From the NCBI GenBank assembly GCA_963807625.1, contig CAWECN010000011.1:114883-178882 (forward strand): a stretch of DNA of 64,000 bases, in the 5' to 3' direction. The notes below the pieces were generated by a model. It saw only the letters and a list, made by a program, of their open reading frames with translations. It did not search any database and was not told the DNA's origin. Of the stretch, positions 38,483 to 47,912 are shown piece after piece (the first letter of the stretch is position 1; the number at the start of each line of letters is the position of its first letter). The translations under genes and the position numbers were made by a program. Origin of the DNA: an uncultured Gammaproteobacteria bacterium (lineage in GTDB: Bacteria > Pseudomonadota > Gammaproteobacteria > SZUA-229).

Positions 38483-39340
38483 TTAATTTCTCTTCTTTGG
38501 CAGCGACTCATACATAGCAGCAGATACGACGATCAAACCACCCGCGACGACATTCCACGTTAACCATTCACCGAGGATGACAGCCGCAAAAATTGCTGCA
38601 TAGACGACCTGAACACAGGCTATCAGGCTGGCTGTTTTTGCTTTCAAATGTAACAGGCCATGGGCGAACAGGGTATGTGGCAATGCAGTAAACACGATGC
38701 CCAGCAAGAGCAGTAACCACCATTGTGATTCTTCGATACTGGAAATGTCGGTATCGATAAAGACGACAAGCACCAGCATGACGACCAGCGTCTGATAAAA
38801 CAGCGAGTGACTGGCTTTATAAGCCGAGAAATACCGTCGTTGCATTATGTTTCGTAACGCCATCATCAATGCAGAAAACACACCGAACAGGACACCGACC
38901 AGGATACTGTTATCCAGCGAGAACTCGGGCACGATCAGGTAGATACCAAACAGCACTGCAATCGAACTGATGATGTCTGCTATATGCGGTTTTTCACCAT
39001 GGAACAACGGTTCTAAAAAAACCGTGATCACGGGATAGGTATATAGAGCGATCACACCAACCGCTACCGTCGATACCTGCATGGCATGGAAGTATGTCAC
39101 CCAGTGAACCGCCAGCAGACAGCCTAATAATGCCGCCATCATATAGTCTCTCTTGCTGCCCAGCTGATACGACTGTTTTGTGAACGCCATGTAGATCGCT
39201 ATCGCAAGGAAAGCGAAAACACTGCGATAAAACGTGATATCGAGCGCAGGCAATGAGACCAGTTTGGAAAACAGCGCGGTAAAAGAAAATATCAGGACCG
39301 CAGCATGAACTGACAGCAAGCCCTCTCGTGAATGATGCAT
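38483..39340 (-). CDS. EamA/DMT family transporter
   Basis: 10 hydrophobic segments in two EamA repeats. Confidence 0.88.
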   Translation of the reverse strand: MHHSREGLLSVHAAVLIFSFTALFSKLVSLPALDITFYRSVFAFLAIAIYMAFTKQSYQLGSKRDYMMAALLGCLLAVHWVTYFHAMQVSTVAVGVIALYTYPVITVFLEPLFHGEKPHIADIISSIAVLFGIYLIVPEFSLDNSILVGVLFGVFSALMMALRNIMQRRYFSAYKASHSLFYQTLVVMLVLVVFIDTDISSIEESQWWLLLLLGIVFTALPHTLFAHGLLHLKAKTASLIACVQVVYAAIFAAVILGEWLTWNVVAGGLIVVSAAMYESLPKKRN

Positions 39341-39357
39341 TGGTGAAAAATGCCCTG

Positions 39358-40542
39358 TTATTTATTGACTGCTTTCAACAGGGTGAATTTTTTATTACTG
39401 GCAATAACATCACATGCACCGAACAGGTGTTTTAACTTGGCATGATAGGCCAGATGACGATTACCGATCACCCACAGTTCACCATTTGGTTCCAGTACAG
39501 CTTTTGATTCGGTAAACATCTGCCAGGCAACATCATCGTTGATAGCATTATCCTGGTGAAATGGCGGGTTACACAGAATCATTGACACACTGTTCTCCGC
39601 GACGCCATGCAGGCAATCTGTCTGTAAGAACTCTGCTTCACGAGTCTCACCAAATATGTTCACGAAATTACTGATCGATGATTCAACAGCCATATAAGAC
39701 TCATCGGCAAAGATCATTTTTGCAGAAGGATTCTTGATCGCGGCCATCAAACCCAGCACACCGTTACCACAACCCAGGTCAACGATGGTCTTATAACGTT
39801 CATCCACTGGCAGGTTCTCGATGAAAAGACGAGCCCCGATATCAAGACGGTCTCTTGAGAACACGCCTGCATGATTGGTTATTTCAAGTTCGACATCATC
39901 CAGCTGGTAACCGATCTTGAACTTATCCGGATACGGATTTTCAGGCACGACCAGACCGGCATCGAACTCACTGAGGATGAGGCGCGACTTCTTGTGGGCC
40001 AGTGATGTCTTTGTCGGACCGATGATCTTCTCAAACAGAGATAACGTCGACATATGTATTTTTTTAGTCATAGCCGCCGCAATTATTTTCGTTGAGCCAT
40101 CAACAGCAGCACGGATACGATACAGCTGGTCTTCGAGCATCGCCAGGCTCTTAGGTATCTTTATCAGTACGATATCAGCGATGCCATTTTTAGCCCCGCC
40201 CTCCAGAACACTGTCAGGTGCATGCAGGCTGTTTATGATGGTGACAGAATCGTAATCGAGACCATTGGTTTTTAGATTTGAGGATATCGCCTGCATCGAC
40301 AGATAAGAATCGGTCATCACCACAGGCGTGAGATGGCTTAACGGTACAGAGATCGCACCAAAACTGTCATTCACGATCAACAGGCTTATATCCTCATGCA
40401 GCAGTTCATTCTCTTCGAGGTATTGCAGCACGTATTCATCAGCAGCATCCCAGGCCCTCAAGGTTTCTTTCTTGCGAACAGGAAAGCGGTGCAGCTCAAA
40501 ACTGCCAAACGAAGTACCGAGTGTATTTTCTAACTGTTCCAT
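39358..40542 (-). CDS. rlmG: 23S rRNA m2G1835 methyltransferase
   Basis: LRAWDAADEY, VNDSFGA, IKIPKSL, VFSRDRLDIGAR, DLGCGNG, CNPPFHQ, VIGNRHLAYH. Confidence 0.92.
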   Translation of the reverse strand: MEQLENTLGTSFGSFELHRFPVRKKETLRAWDAADEYVLQYLEENELLHEDISLLIVNDSFGAISVPLSHLTPVVMTDSYLSMQAISSNLKTNGLDYDSVTIINSLHAPDSVLEGGAKNGIADIVLIKIPKSLAMLEDQLYRIRAAVDGSTKIIAAAMTKKIHMSTLSLFEKIIGPTKTSLAHKKSRLILSEFDAGLVVPENPYPDKFKIGYQLDDVELEITNHAGVFSRDRLDIGARLFIENLPVDERYKTIVDLGCGNGVLGLMAAIKNPSAKMIFADESYMAVESSISNFVNIFGETREAEFLQTDCLHGVAENSVSMILCNPPFHQDNAINDDVAWQMFTESKAVLEPNGELWVIGNRHLAYHAKLKHLFGACDVIASNKKFTLLKAVNK

Positions 40543-41429
40543 AACCATGCAGCGCCTCTAACGCCTGATGAATCACCATGTGCTGGTGCAACTAATTGTG
40601 TATTTACTACATCTGAAAAAACGTAGTCTGCCCAGATCCTTGGCACGTTTTCGTAAAGCCGCTTGATATTACCCATGCCGCCACCGAGTACAATGACATC
40701 AGGATCCAGTATATTTATGATATGTGCCAGGCTTCTCGCCATGCGATCTTCATAACGCTGCAGTGTTTCATCACTTTCTTCGTCACCGAAGCGCGCTTTA
40801 TTATCGATCGTTTCAGCATCGAGAAACACGTTATTATGCAGCTCATGATCACGAACGACGCCGGGCCCTGATAACCAGGTTTCGATACAACCGTGTTTTC
40901 CGCAATAACATTCCGGCCCGGGTAATTCGAAATCTTCAGGCCAGGGCAATGGGTTATGCCCCCATTCGCCAGCGATGGCGTTCGGCCCCACTAGTACTTT
41001 TTTATCGACGACTACGCCTGCGCCCGTGCCTGTGCCAATGATTACGCCAAACACAACCGCTGCATCTTTTGCCGCGCCATCGGTCGCTTCCGAAAGTGCA
41101 AAACAGTTAGCGTCATTGGCGATACATATCTCTCTCTGTAGCCGTTCCTGCAGGTCGGTTAGTACTGGTTTGCTATTCATACATACTGAATTTGAATTTC
41201 GTAGCAGACCCGTAGCCGGAGATAACGCACCGGGTGTACAGATACCGATGCTACCTTGTTCGCCGATGTCCGCCTCGATCTGATCTATCAAACCTGCAAT
41301 ACTTTGCAGGGTGGCCTGGTAGTCGCCCTGAGGCGTAGCCACACGATGGCGAAATAACTCGTCGCCGGCTTCGGATAAAGCGATGCCTTCTATTTTTGTA
41401 CCGCCGAGGTCGATGCCGATTCTTATCAT
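40530..41429 (-). CDS. ROK family sugar kinase (Mak-like)
   Basis: IGIDLGGTKIE, NDANCFALSE, GTGTGAG, AGEWGH, CYCGKHGCIE, GVRGAAWL. Confidence 0.92.
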   Translation of the reverse strand: MIRIGIDLGGTKIEGIALSEAGDELFRHRVATPQGDYQATLQSIAGLIDQIEADIGEQGSIGICTPGALSPATGLLRNSNSVCMNSKPVLTDLQERLQREICIANDANCFALSEATDGAAKDAAVVFGVIIGTGTGAGVVVDKKVLVGPNAIAGEWGHNPLPWPEDFELPGPECYCGKHGCIETWLSGPGVVRDHELHNNVFLDAETIDNKARFGDEESDETLQRYEDRMARSLAHIINILDPDVIVLGGGMGNIKRLYENVPRIWADYVFSDVVNTQLVAPAHGDSSGVRGAAWLWNS

Positions 41430-41479
41430 ATATTCAGATATTTAAAATCTACCGTGAGAGCGGATGACTGACTATGCTG

Positions 41480-41546
41480 TCATCTCGACCAGCGGGAGAG
41501 GTCTAATTGTAACAGAGTTAAACATCTCTCCCGCTGGTCGAGATGA
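41480..41546. repeat. REP-like inverted doublet
   Basis: TCATCTCGACCAGCGGGAGAG (41480-41500) and its exact reverse complement (41526-41546), separated by 25 nt. Confidence 0.8.
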
Positions 41547-41577
41547 GAAAACAATATTTTCAGTCCTGCGCTTGATC

Positions 41578-42123
41578 TTATTTTAGTCTTTCAGATTGCC
41601 AGTAGATCTCATCAGCACTTTGTTGTTTACTGATTGCACGGGCCAGCACGAACAGGTAGTCAGACAGACGGTTGATGTATGCCTTCAGATGATCATTGAG
41701 AGCAGCTCGTTTATCCACACCGACCAGCGCCCTTTCGACACGACGACAGACAGCACGCGCCACATGACAGTGAGATGCCGCCAGGCCACCACCAGGTAGA
41801 ATAAATTCCTGGAGCGGTTTCAGTGAAAGGTTCAACTCATCCAGTGACTGTTCGAGCCAGTCAACACTTTCCTGTTTGATGATATGCTGTCCCATGCTGA
41901 GTTCAGCGCCCACATTGAACAGTTCATTCTGTATCGCCCTGATCGACTCGGTAAAACCGGTCGGTGCATGACAGGCCAGAACCGCAAGCTGGCTGTTAAG
42001 TTCGTCCACTTCACCGATGACCTGGATCAGCAGATCATCTTTGGCGACTCGTGACCCGTCTGCCATACCGGTAGTACCGTCATCACCCGTGCGCGTATAT
42101 ATTTTTGTCAGTCTGTTAGCCAT
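41578..42123 (-). CDS. ATP:cob(I)alamin adenosyltransferase (PduO-type)
   Basis: TKIYTRTGDDGTT, GEVDELNS, IQNELF, EFILPGG, CRRVER, NRLSDYLFVLAR. Confidence 0.95.
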   Translation of the reverse strand: MANRLTKIYTRTGDDGTTGMADGSRVAKDDLLIQVIGEVDELNSQLAVLACHAPTGFTESIRAIQNELFNVGAELSMGQHIIKQESVDWLEQSLDELNLSLKPLQEFILPGGGLAASHCHVARAVCRRVERALVGVDKRAALNDHLKAYINRLSDYLFVLARAISKQQSADEIYWQSERLK

Positions 42124-42135
42124 ATGCTCAATGTA

Positions 42136-42852
42136 TTAAAGTAGATCAAACTCGATATCGACCTGAAAAGTCTCGGACTTTTCAAGATACTCTCTGGCAA
42201 CTTTAAATGGCTCTATCTGCTCGACGGCTGTGAGTGCTGCACGGTCCAATGCCCGAGCACGGCTCGAAGCGACCAGGTGTGCATTCTCGATACTGCCATC
42301 CGGGTGTAAAACAAAAGCCACGGTGGCGACACCTTCGCGACGTTGCCTGCGCGCCAGGTAAGGATATTCTTTATTATCGCTGATACGCCGATGCAATAAC
42401 TCGAGTATCGTATGCTGCTGCTGCGACGCATTGGTAGACTGCACGGCGTAGGCAACATCTTCACCCTGGTATGCACTCAATTGCTCCTGCCTGGCATCAT
42501 CGTGCTGCTCACCGGGCTTACTGTCTACCTCTACAGCTTCATCTTCTGTGACGATGGCCTGTAAACCCGTCATAGACGTCAATACGTCTACAGCAAACAG
42601 CTTTTCAGCGGAGCGTAGCAGATGCTCAGGCGGGACCTCCGGCTTCACTTCCTGTTTTCGCGGTACATCAGTTTCCAGTTGATCAGACACCAGCACCGAA
42701 CTGATCAGCTGTACTTCAACGCCCCGTCCGACTCCCTCATCCACCGTGACGACTACCTGTTCGTATACCAGCAACGCAGCCGCAATCACCACCGCATGCA
42801 GCAGCAATGACAGGGAGGTTGTGGTGAGGATCGGTCTGGTCGCGGTATCCAT
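42136..42852 (-). CDS. tonB: Energy transducer TonB
   Basis: SLLLHAVV TM anchor; C-terminal YPYLARRQRREGVATVAFVL..DG...SS...LDRAAL. Confidence 0.88.
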   Translation of the reverse strand: MDTATRPILTTTSLSLLLHAVVIAAALLVYEQVVVTVDEGVGRGVEVQLISSVLVSDQLETDVPRKQEVKPEVPPEHLLRSAEKLFAVDVLTSMTGLQAIVTEDEAVEVDSKPGEQHDDARQEQLSAYQGEDVAYAVQSTNASQQQHTILELLHRRISDNKEYPYLARRQRREGVATVAFVLHPDGSIENAHLVASSRARALDRAALTAVEQIEPFKVAREYLEKSETFQVDIEFDLL

Positions 42853-42861
42853 ATCGTTAGG

Positions 42862-44856
42862 TTATCTGAAGTTCCATGCCGCTGTCAGTAAAAAGTTTAT
42901 TTCCGGCGATGGGAAAAAAGCTTCTCGTGGCAGGAAGCTAACGGGGTCAGTACCCAACTGTCCCACATCAGAATACTGCTTGTTTAACACGTTATTCACC
43001 CTGCCACTGATTGTGAAATCTTCGATATTATATTCTGCCTTGATATTGACCACGCCATACCCCGGCAGCTTGCCTAACACGTTATCGAAATCACCAGAGA
43101 ACACACGGTCACTGATCGCGACCAGTTCACCGTATAACTGCCATGCGCTGGATATCGCATAATCAGTCGCTAACAACGCAGAATGTTTTGCCACAAACGG
43201 GATGTCCTTACCGGCAAAAGCACCACTGGATACTTCTGCATCGGTATAGGTATAACTTGCTGAAAGACCCAGACGCTTTGTCGTTTTCCAGTAACCACTG
43301 GTGATGATACCTGTGCGTTCTGTATCATCCAGGTTAATGTTGGCGAAGTTAACAGGATCGAAAGCGATCTCATTTTCCAGGTCGAGTTTGTAAATTATAA
43401 ATTTTGCTGAATTTCTTCCCTGTGTCCACTCTACACCCGTTTCCAGAGACAGGCCTTTCTGTGTGTCTAGCAAGATAGGAGAAAACGTGGGCGTATAAGC
43501 TGGCAGTAAAAATTCATCTACTTTTGCAAAACGGTAGTTCTGGTCTGCGCGCAACAACACGCGCACGTTCTTATTCGCCTTTATAGCAAGACCTAACGTG
43601 CCCACGGTAACATCATCATCCACCTGCACGCCTGATGGGTACAATGCAAATGTACCGGTATCACGTATCGAATTTTCTACACTTGCATAACGCAAACCGA
43701 GTGTCACATCGAGCAATTTTGTTGTCGGCACCACTGCCTGTGCATAGATAGATCGTTGCGACTGGTCATTTAACTGACCACCAAAACGCGAATATAACTG
43801 GTAATCACTTTCTACAGCGTCACCTCCGATCGTCAGCATGGTATTGTTCAGCGCAGGGACAAAGCCGATAAAGCGAGGTGTAAACTCCTTTATCACACGA
43901 TCCTGCGTAGCATTTTCTGTTTCAGCTCCAAACACAGAGCTCAACCTGAAAACACCTTCCGTATCACGCCGGGTCAGTTCACCTTCAAACGACCAGTTGC
44001 CAGCAAGCTCCTGCACCAGGCCGAGTCGACCTACCTGCGTTGTCGCATCGGAGAAATCGGTAGCAAAATTAGAATTTACCTGGCGCCGATCTGTTTCAAC
44101 CTCGTCTGCAAACAAGGTGCCTGGTGTGTTCAGCTCATCATCGATGTATTGCAGTTCAGCGAAGACCGAACCAGTGTTATAGTCATAACCTAGTTTGCCA
44201 AAACCATTCAGGTAAGACGATTCATTATGCTGTCGGTAATTGTCTGACTCACGGGCCTCCAGAGACAGGAGATAATTGACACCACTATCCATCGCCCGTG
44301 AGGTCATACCATGAAATTTCACCGTATTGTAACTGCCCGCTGACAACTCAAGTGAATGCCTTAAGGCTCCCGGTTTACGGGTGATGATATTGATAACACC
44401 GCCGACTGCCTGGTCACCGAACAGCACGCCGGCACTGCCCTGTAAGATCTCGATGCGTTCGACATCTTCGATCGCGATGCTGTTCAGATCAGGTGAAGAG
44501 ATATCCGGATTATTCAACCTGCGCCCGTCTACCAGCACCAGGGTATTTGAACCTGCACTCTCGGCAAAGCCACGCATACCGACCGTTGCCCGGCTGCCGT
44601 CGCCGTATAGATCATTGATCTGCACACCGCCCTGGCCGCGTAAGACTTCGACGATATGCCTGGAACCACTATCCTCGATCTGTTGACGTGAGATGACGGT
44701 GATGCTTGCTGGTGTTGTCAGCGTGCTCTGCTCGGTTCGCGCCGCACTGACGACGACCGCCGGTATTTCTTTTGCGCCCGTTTCTGTTTCAGAAAAGACG
44801 GGCGAAGCAGTGCTCGCCGTAATAACGACAACACCAAAAATTAAAAAATTATTCAT
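42862..44856 (-). CDS. btuB: TonB-dependent receptor, BtuB-like (cobalamin)
   Basis: Signal peptide, TonB box VVVSA, plug LVLVDG...ERIEILQGSAGVLFG..AVGGVINIIT, C-terminal W-x-F; preceded by a cobalamin riboswitch. Start ATG 44856 after GGAGG. Confidence 0.82.
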   Translation of the reverse strand: MNNFLIFGVVVITASTASPVFSETETGAKEIPAVVVSAARTEQSTLTTPASITVISRQQIEDSGSRHIVEVLRGQGGVQINDLYGDGSRATVGMRGFAESAGSNTLVLVDGRRLNNPDISSPDLNSIAIEDVERIEILQGSAGVLFGDQAVGGVINIITRKPGALRHSLELSAGSYNTVKFHGMTSRAMDSGVNYLLSLEARESDNYRQHNESSYLNGFGKLGYDYNTGSVFAELQYIDDELNTPGTLFADEVETDRRQVNSNFATDFSDATTQVGRLGLVQELAGNWSFEGELTRRDTEGVFRLSSVFGAETENATQDRVIKEFTPRFIGFVPALNNTMLTIGGDAVESDYQLYSRFGGQLNDQSQRSIYAQAVVPTTKLLDVTLGLRYASVENSIRDTGTFALYPSGVQVDDDVTVGTLGLAIKANKNVRVLLRADQNYRFAKVDEFLLPAYTPTFSPILLDTQKGLSLETGVEWTQGRNSAKFIIYKLDLENEIAFDPVNFANINLDDTERTGIITSGYWKTTKRLGLSASYTYTDAEVSSGAFAGKDIPFVAKHSALLATDYAISSAWQLYGELVAISDRVFSGDFDNVLGKLPGYGVVNIKAEYNIEDFTISGRVNNVLNKQYSDVGQLGTDPVSFLPREAFFPSPEINFLLTAAWNFR

Positions 44857-44861
44857 GAGAT

Positions 44862-44878
44862 CCTCCATAATATGGAGG
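44862..44878 (-). promoter_or_regulatory. SD-sequestering hairpin of btuB
   Basis: Minus strand CCTCCAT-ATT-ATGGAGG encloses the GGAGG RBS, which ends 5 nt before the ATG. Confidence 0.7.
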
Positions 44879-44951
44879 CAACAGGGAAAGCACAGCCTGC
44901 AGAGAACAGGATGCACCACACCATGCCGCCCGCCGCGACTTATGTATTACT

Positions 44952-45202
44952 AACATCAGGCCGGTCTCCGGGCTTATGGTGTGTACCTGTATTAACGCCG
45001 ATATAATCGCCGATAAAAAACGTCGATACCCGAACTATTTCCCTTCCCACGAAAGAATTCGCAGTGGTTGAATAATTCTCACCAATCACCGTTGCGGGGG
45101 CAGCGCTGGGATTATCCGGGTCTGCTCATACGAACAGCTCAAATGCACCAACTTCCCGATTATCTGTCATCAAAAAACGCTATGATGGCAGCACCTGATG
45201 TT
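44952..45202 (-). ncRNA. Cobalamin (AdoCbl) riboswitch
   Basis: Minus strand AACATCAGGTGC...AATCGGGAAGTTGGTG...AATCCCAGCGCTGCCCCCGCAACGGT...CCACTG...GGGAAGG...AAGCCCGGAGACCGGCCTGATGTT (B12 box; P1 closes). Confidence 0.93.
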
Positions 45203-45266
45203 GAAAATTCAAAAAACAATCACATCTTACACCACAAATGACGATAATATACTCCCTTTTAGGGAG

Positions 45267-45294
45267 TGAACTTTTTCCCCCTTAAAAAGTCATT
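45267..45294 (+). promoter_or_regulatory. SigmaE/AlgU-like ECF promoter upstream of moxR
   Basis: TGAACTT (45267-73), 16-nt spacer ending in G, TCATT (45290-94); abuts the inverted repeat ACTCCCT-TTT-AGGGAGT (45251-67). Confidence 0.55.
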
Positions 45295-45334
45295 TTAATG
45301 TGAAATAAAAAAGCTATAACAACAGAAATATAAT

Positions 45335-46303
45335 ATGCCTAACCTGAAAGCCGTACTCACTCTTAAACAGCACGTTCAAAATCACATCATCGGACAGGAA
45401 AAACTGGTCGACCGCCTGTTGATCGCCCTGCTGGCCGATGGCCACCTCCTGGTAGAAGGCGCCCCGGGGCTTGCCAAGACCAAAGCGATCAAAGTTTTAA
45501 GCGATGGTATAGAGAGTAATTTTCACCGCATTCAATTTACACCGGATCTATTACCCGCCGACCTTACAGGTACCGAAGTTTACCGGCCGCAGGATGCCTC
45601 ATTTGTTTTTCAGCAGGGCCCGCTGTTCCACAACCTGGTGCTGGCTGACGAGATAAACCGTGCTCCGGCAAAAGTTCAGTCGGCATTACTGGAAGCCATG
45701 GCCGAACGCCAGATCACTGTTGGCAAGGTCACCTACCCGTTACCTGAACTGTTCATGGTGATGGCCACCCAGAACCCGATCGAGCAGGAAGGCACATACC
45801 CCCTGCCAGAAGCACAGCTCGACCGCTTCCTCATGCATGTCAGCATCGACTACCCTGAAGCCGCAGCCGAAAAGCAGATATTGCAGCTGGCGAGAGTAGA
45901 AGCAAAAAGCGCGTCTGGCGAACCTGCCGACGAGGTAGAAAAAATAAGTCAGCAGAGTATCTTCGCCGCCCGCAATGAGATCCTCGATATCCACATGGCT
46001 GACAACCTGGAAGAATATTTATTACAACTGGTACTGGCGACGCGCAACCCGGAGGTCTATGGTTCTGACCTGGCCAACTGGATGCTGTATGGCGCCAGCC
46101 CGCGAGCTACTATCGCACTCGATCGCTGCGCCCGCGCTCATGCCTGGTTAGACCAGCGTGACTTCGTCAGTCCCGATGATATCCAGGCTATCGCGTTTGA
46201 TGTATTACGTCATCGCGTGATTTTAAGTTATGAAGCCGAAGCGGATGGCGTAACACCAGACAGTTTTATCCAGGAACTGATAGCACGGGTTCCCGTTCCT
46301 TGA
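45335..46303 (+). CDS. moxR: MoxR family AAA+ ATPase
   Basis: EGAPGLAKT, RIQFTPDLLPAD, LADEINRAPAKVQSALLEAM, TQNPIEQEGTYPLPEAQLDRF. Confidence 0.95.
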   Translation: MPNLKAVLTLKQHVQNHIIGQEKLVDRLLIALLADGHLLVEGAPGLAKTKAIKVLSDGIESNFHRIQFTPDLLPADLTGTEVYRPQDASFVFQQGPLFHNLVLADEINRAPAKVQSALLEAMAERQITVGKVTYPLPELFMVMATQNPIEQEGTYPLPEAQLDRFLMHVSIDYPEAAAEKQILQLARVEAKSASGEPADEVEKISQQSIFAARNEILDIHMADNLEEYLLQLVLATRNPEVYGSDLANWMLYGASPRATIALDRCARAHAWLDQRDFVSPDDIQAIAFDVLRHRVILSYEAEADGVTPDSFIQELIARVPVP

Positions 46304-46346
46304 TAAGCCGGCGATACCTGCTTAACCTGGCTTCGATACAAGAGTA

Positions 46347-47321
46347 ATGCCTAATCCTTTAGATAAACAGTTTGACAACAAAGCCGAAGGCATCACCTGG
46401 ATCAGTCCACAGTCACTGATCCAGCTGCGCCTGTGCGTAGACCAGTCGTTACTTACCAGCAGCATCATCCACGCCAAACAGGGCGGCGCCTACCTGTCAT
46501 CCTTTAAAGGCCGCGGCATGGAATTCGATGAATCCCGCATCTACCAGGCAGGCGACGATATCCGCAATATGGACTGGCGGGTAACCGCACGTACCGGTGA
46601 CGCGCATACCAAGGTATTCCGTGAAGAACGCGAGAGGCCGGTGCTGCTCTGGCTTGACCTCAATGCCTCGATGATGTTTGCTACAAGAAACAGGTTCAAA
46701 TCTGTTATCGCGACCGAACTCGCAGCCTTGATCGCATGGGGCGCGGCAAAGAATAATGACCGCCTGGGCGGGTTGATCTTTTCCTCGGACGAGCATGTCG
46801 AGATAAAACCCCGGCGCGGCAAAGCCGCTGTTCTTGATTTCATCGGCCGCTGCACGAAACACACGGCATGGCGTAATAGTCAGCCCGCTTCACCATCAGA
46901 GCGAAACATGATGTCCGCCGTTTCACGATTACGAAAAGTCACACATCCCGGCAGCCTGATATTCATGATCAGTGATTTTCGCGGCCTTGATGAAAAAAGC
47001 TACTCACATATCGCCAATATCGCGCGTCACAATGACATCGTCATGATAAAGATACACGATCCTATCGAAGCCGAGTTGCCTGTCTCTGGTGACTACAAGC
47101 TAACCGACGGAATCAATGAACTGCAGATCCATACCGCAAATAAAAAGATTAGAGATGAGTACCATCAACGTTATATGGACAATGACATTCAGCTAAAGAC
47201 CTTCTGCCGGCAGTATCGTATCCACCTGATAGAGATGTCGACTGCAGACGATCACATAGACAAGCTCAATAAAGGGTTGGGTGTGAGAGTTACCAAAAAA
47301 CAACAGTTTCGTTCAGCATAG
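46347..47321 (+). CDS. DUF58 family protein
   Basis: KGRGMEFDESRIYQAGDDIRNMDWRVTART, FREERER, ISDF. Confidence 0.92.
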   Translation: MPNPLDKQFDNKAEGITWISPQSLIQLRLCVDQSLLTSSIIHAKQGGAYLSSFKGRGMEFDESRIYQAGDDIRNMDWRVTARTGDAHTKVFREERERPVLLWLDLNASMMFATRNRFKSVIATELAALIAWGAAKNNDRLGGLIFSSDEHVEIKPRRGKAAVLDFIGRCTKHTAWRNSQPASPSERNMMSAVSRLRKVTHPGSLIFMISDFRGLDEKSYSHIANIARHNDIVMIKIHDPIEAELPVSGDYKLTDGINELQIHTANKKIRDEYHQRYMDNDIQLKTFCRQYRIHLIEMSTADDHIDKLNKGLGVRVTKKQQFRSA

Positions 47322-47356
47322 GACTGTGTTGTAAGTGATATAGATATATAAGAGTA

Positions 47357-47912
47357 ATGAACGAACCAGCACACAGTCCACCAATACCGATGCCCGATGC
47401 TTTAAATCTCGGCACCCCGGAACTCAGGGATATCCATCTGCCTGAGCCGATCTCGTGGTGGCCGCTTGCGCCTGGCTGGTGGATAACTCTGGCTGCTATC
47501 ATACTGATAATCGCAGCTGTTTTTATCACCAGAAAAATCTACCTGGGCAAACAGCTGCGCAGAGACATCAATACCGAGCTTGAATTCATCAAGCAACAAT
47601 ATCAGCAGGTCGAGAACAAACCGCAGTTAGCGCGCGACTTATCGATATTATTGCGCCGTGCCAATATCAGTTACTACCCTGAATCAAACATCGCCGGCCT
47701 GACTGGTGAACAATGGTTACAGCATCTGGATAAGACCAATGACAGACCACTTGCAAATCTTGCATTTCAGAGTGAGACAGGGGGAATATTATTAAGCTGC
47801 ACCCTACCTGCCGGATAATGCCGACCTTGATTTTGATGCCGGGAAATTAATCAATCTGTGCGAATCATGGTTGACCTCAGCGCACAGTAAAACGCAGGTG
47901 ATATCAAGATGA
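47357..47912 (+). pseudogene. DUF4381 family protein with an apparent +1 frameshift near 47795
   Basis: LRDIHLPEPISWWPLAPGWW; the ORF stops at 47818, but the shifted frame continues APYLPDN...LCESWLTS...SR* to 47912, overlapping the batA ATG (ATGA). Confidence 0.75.
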
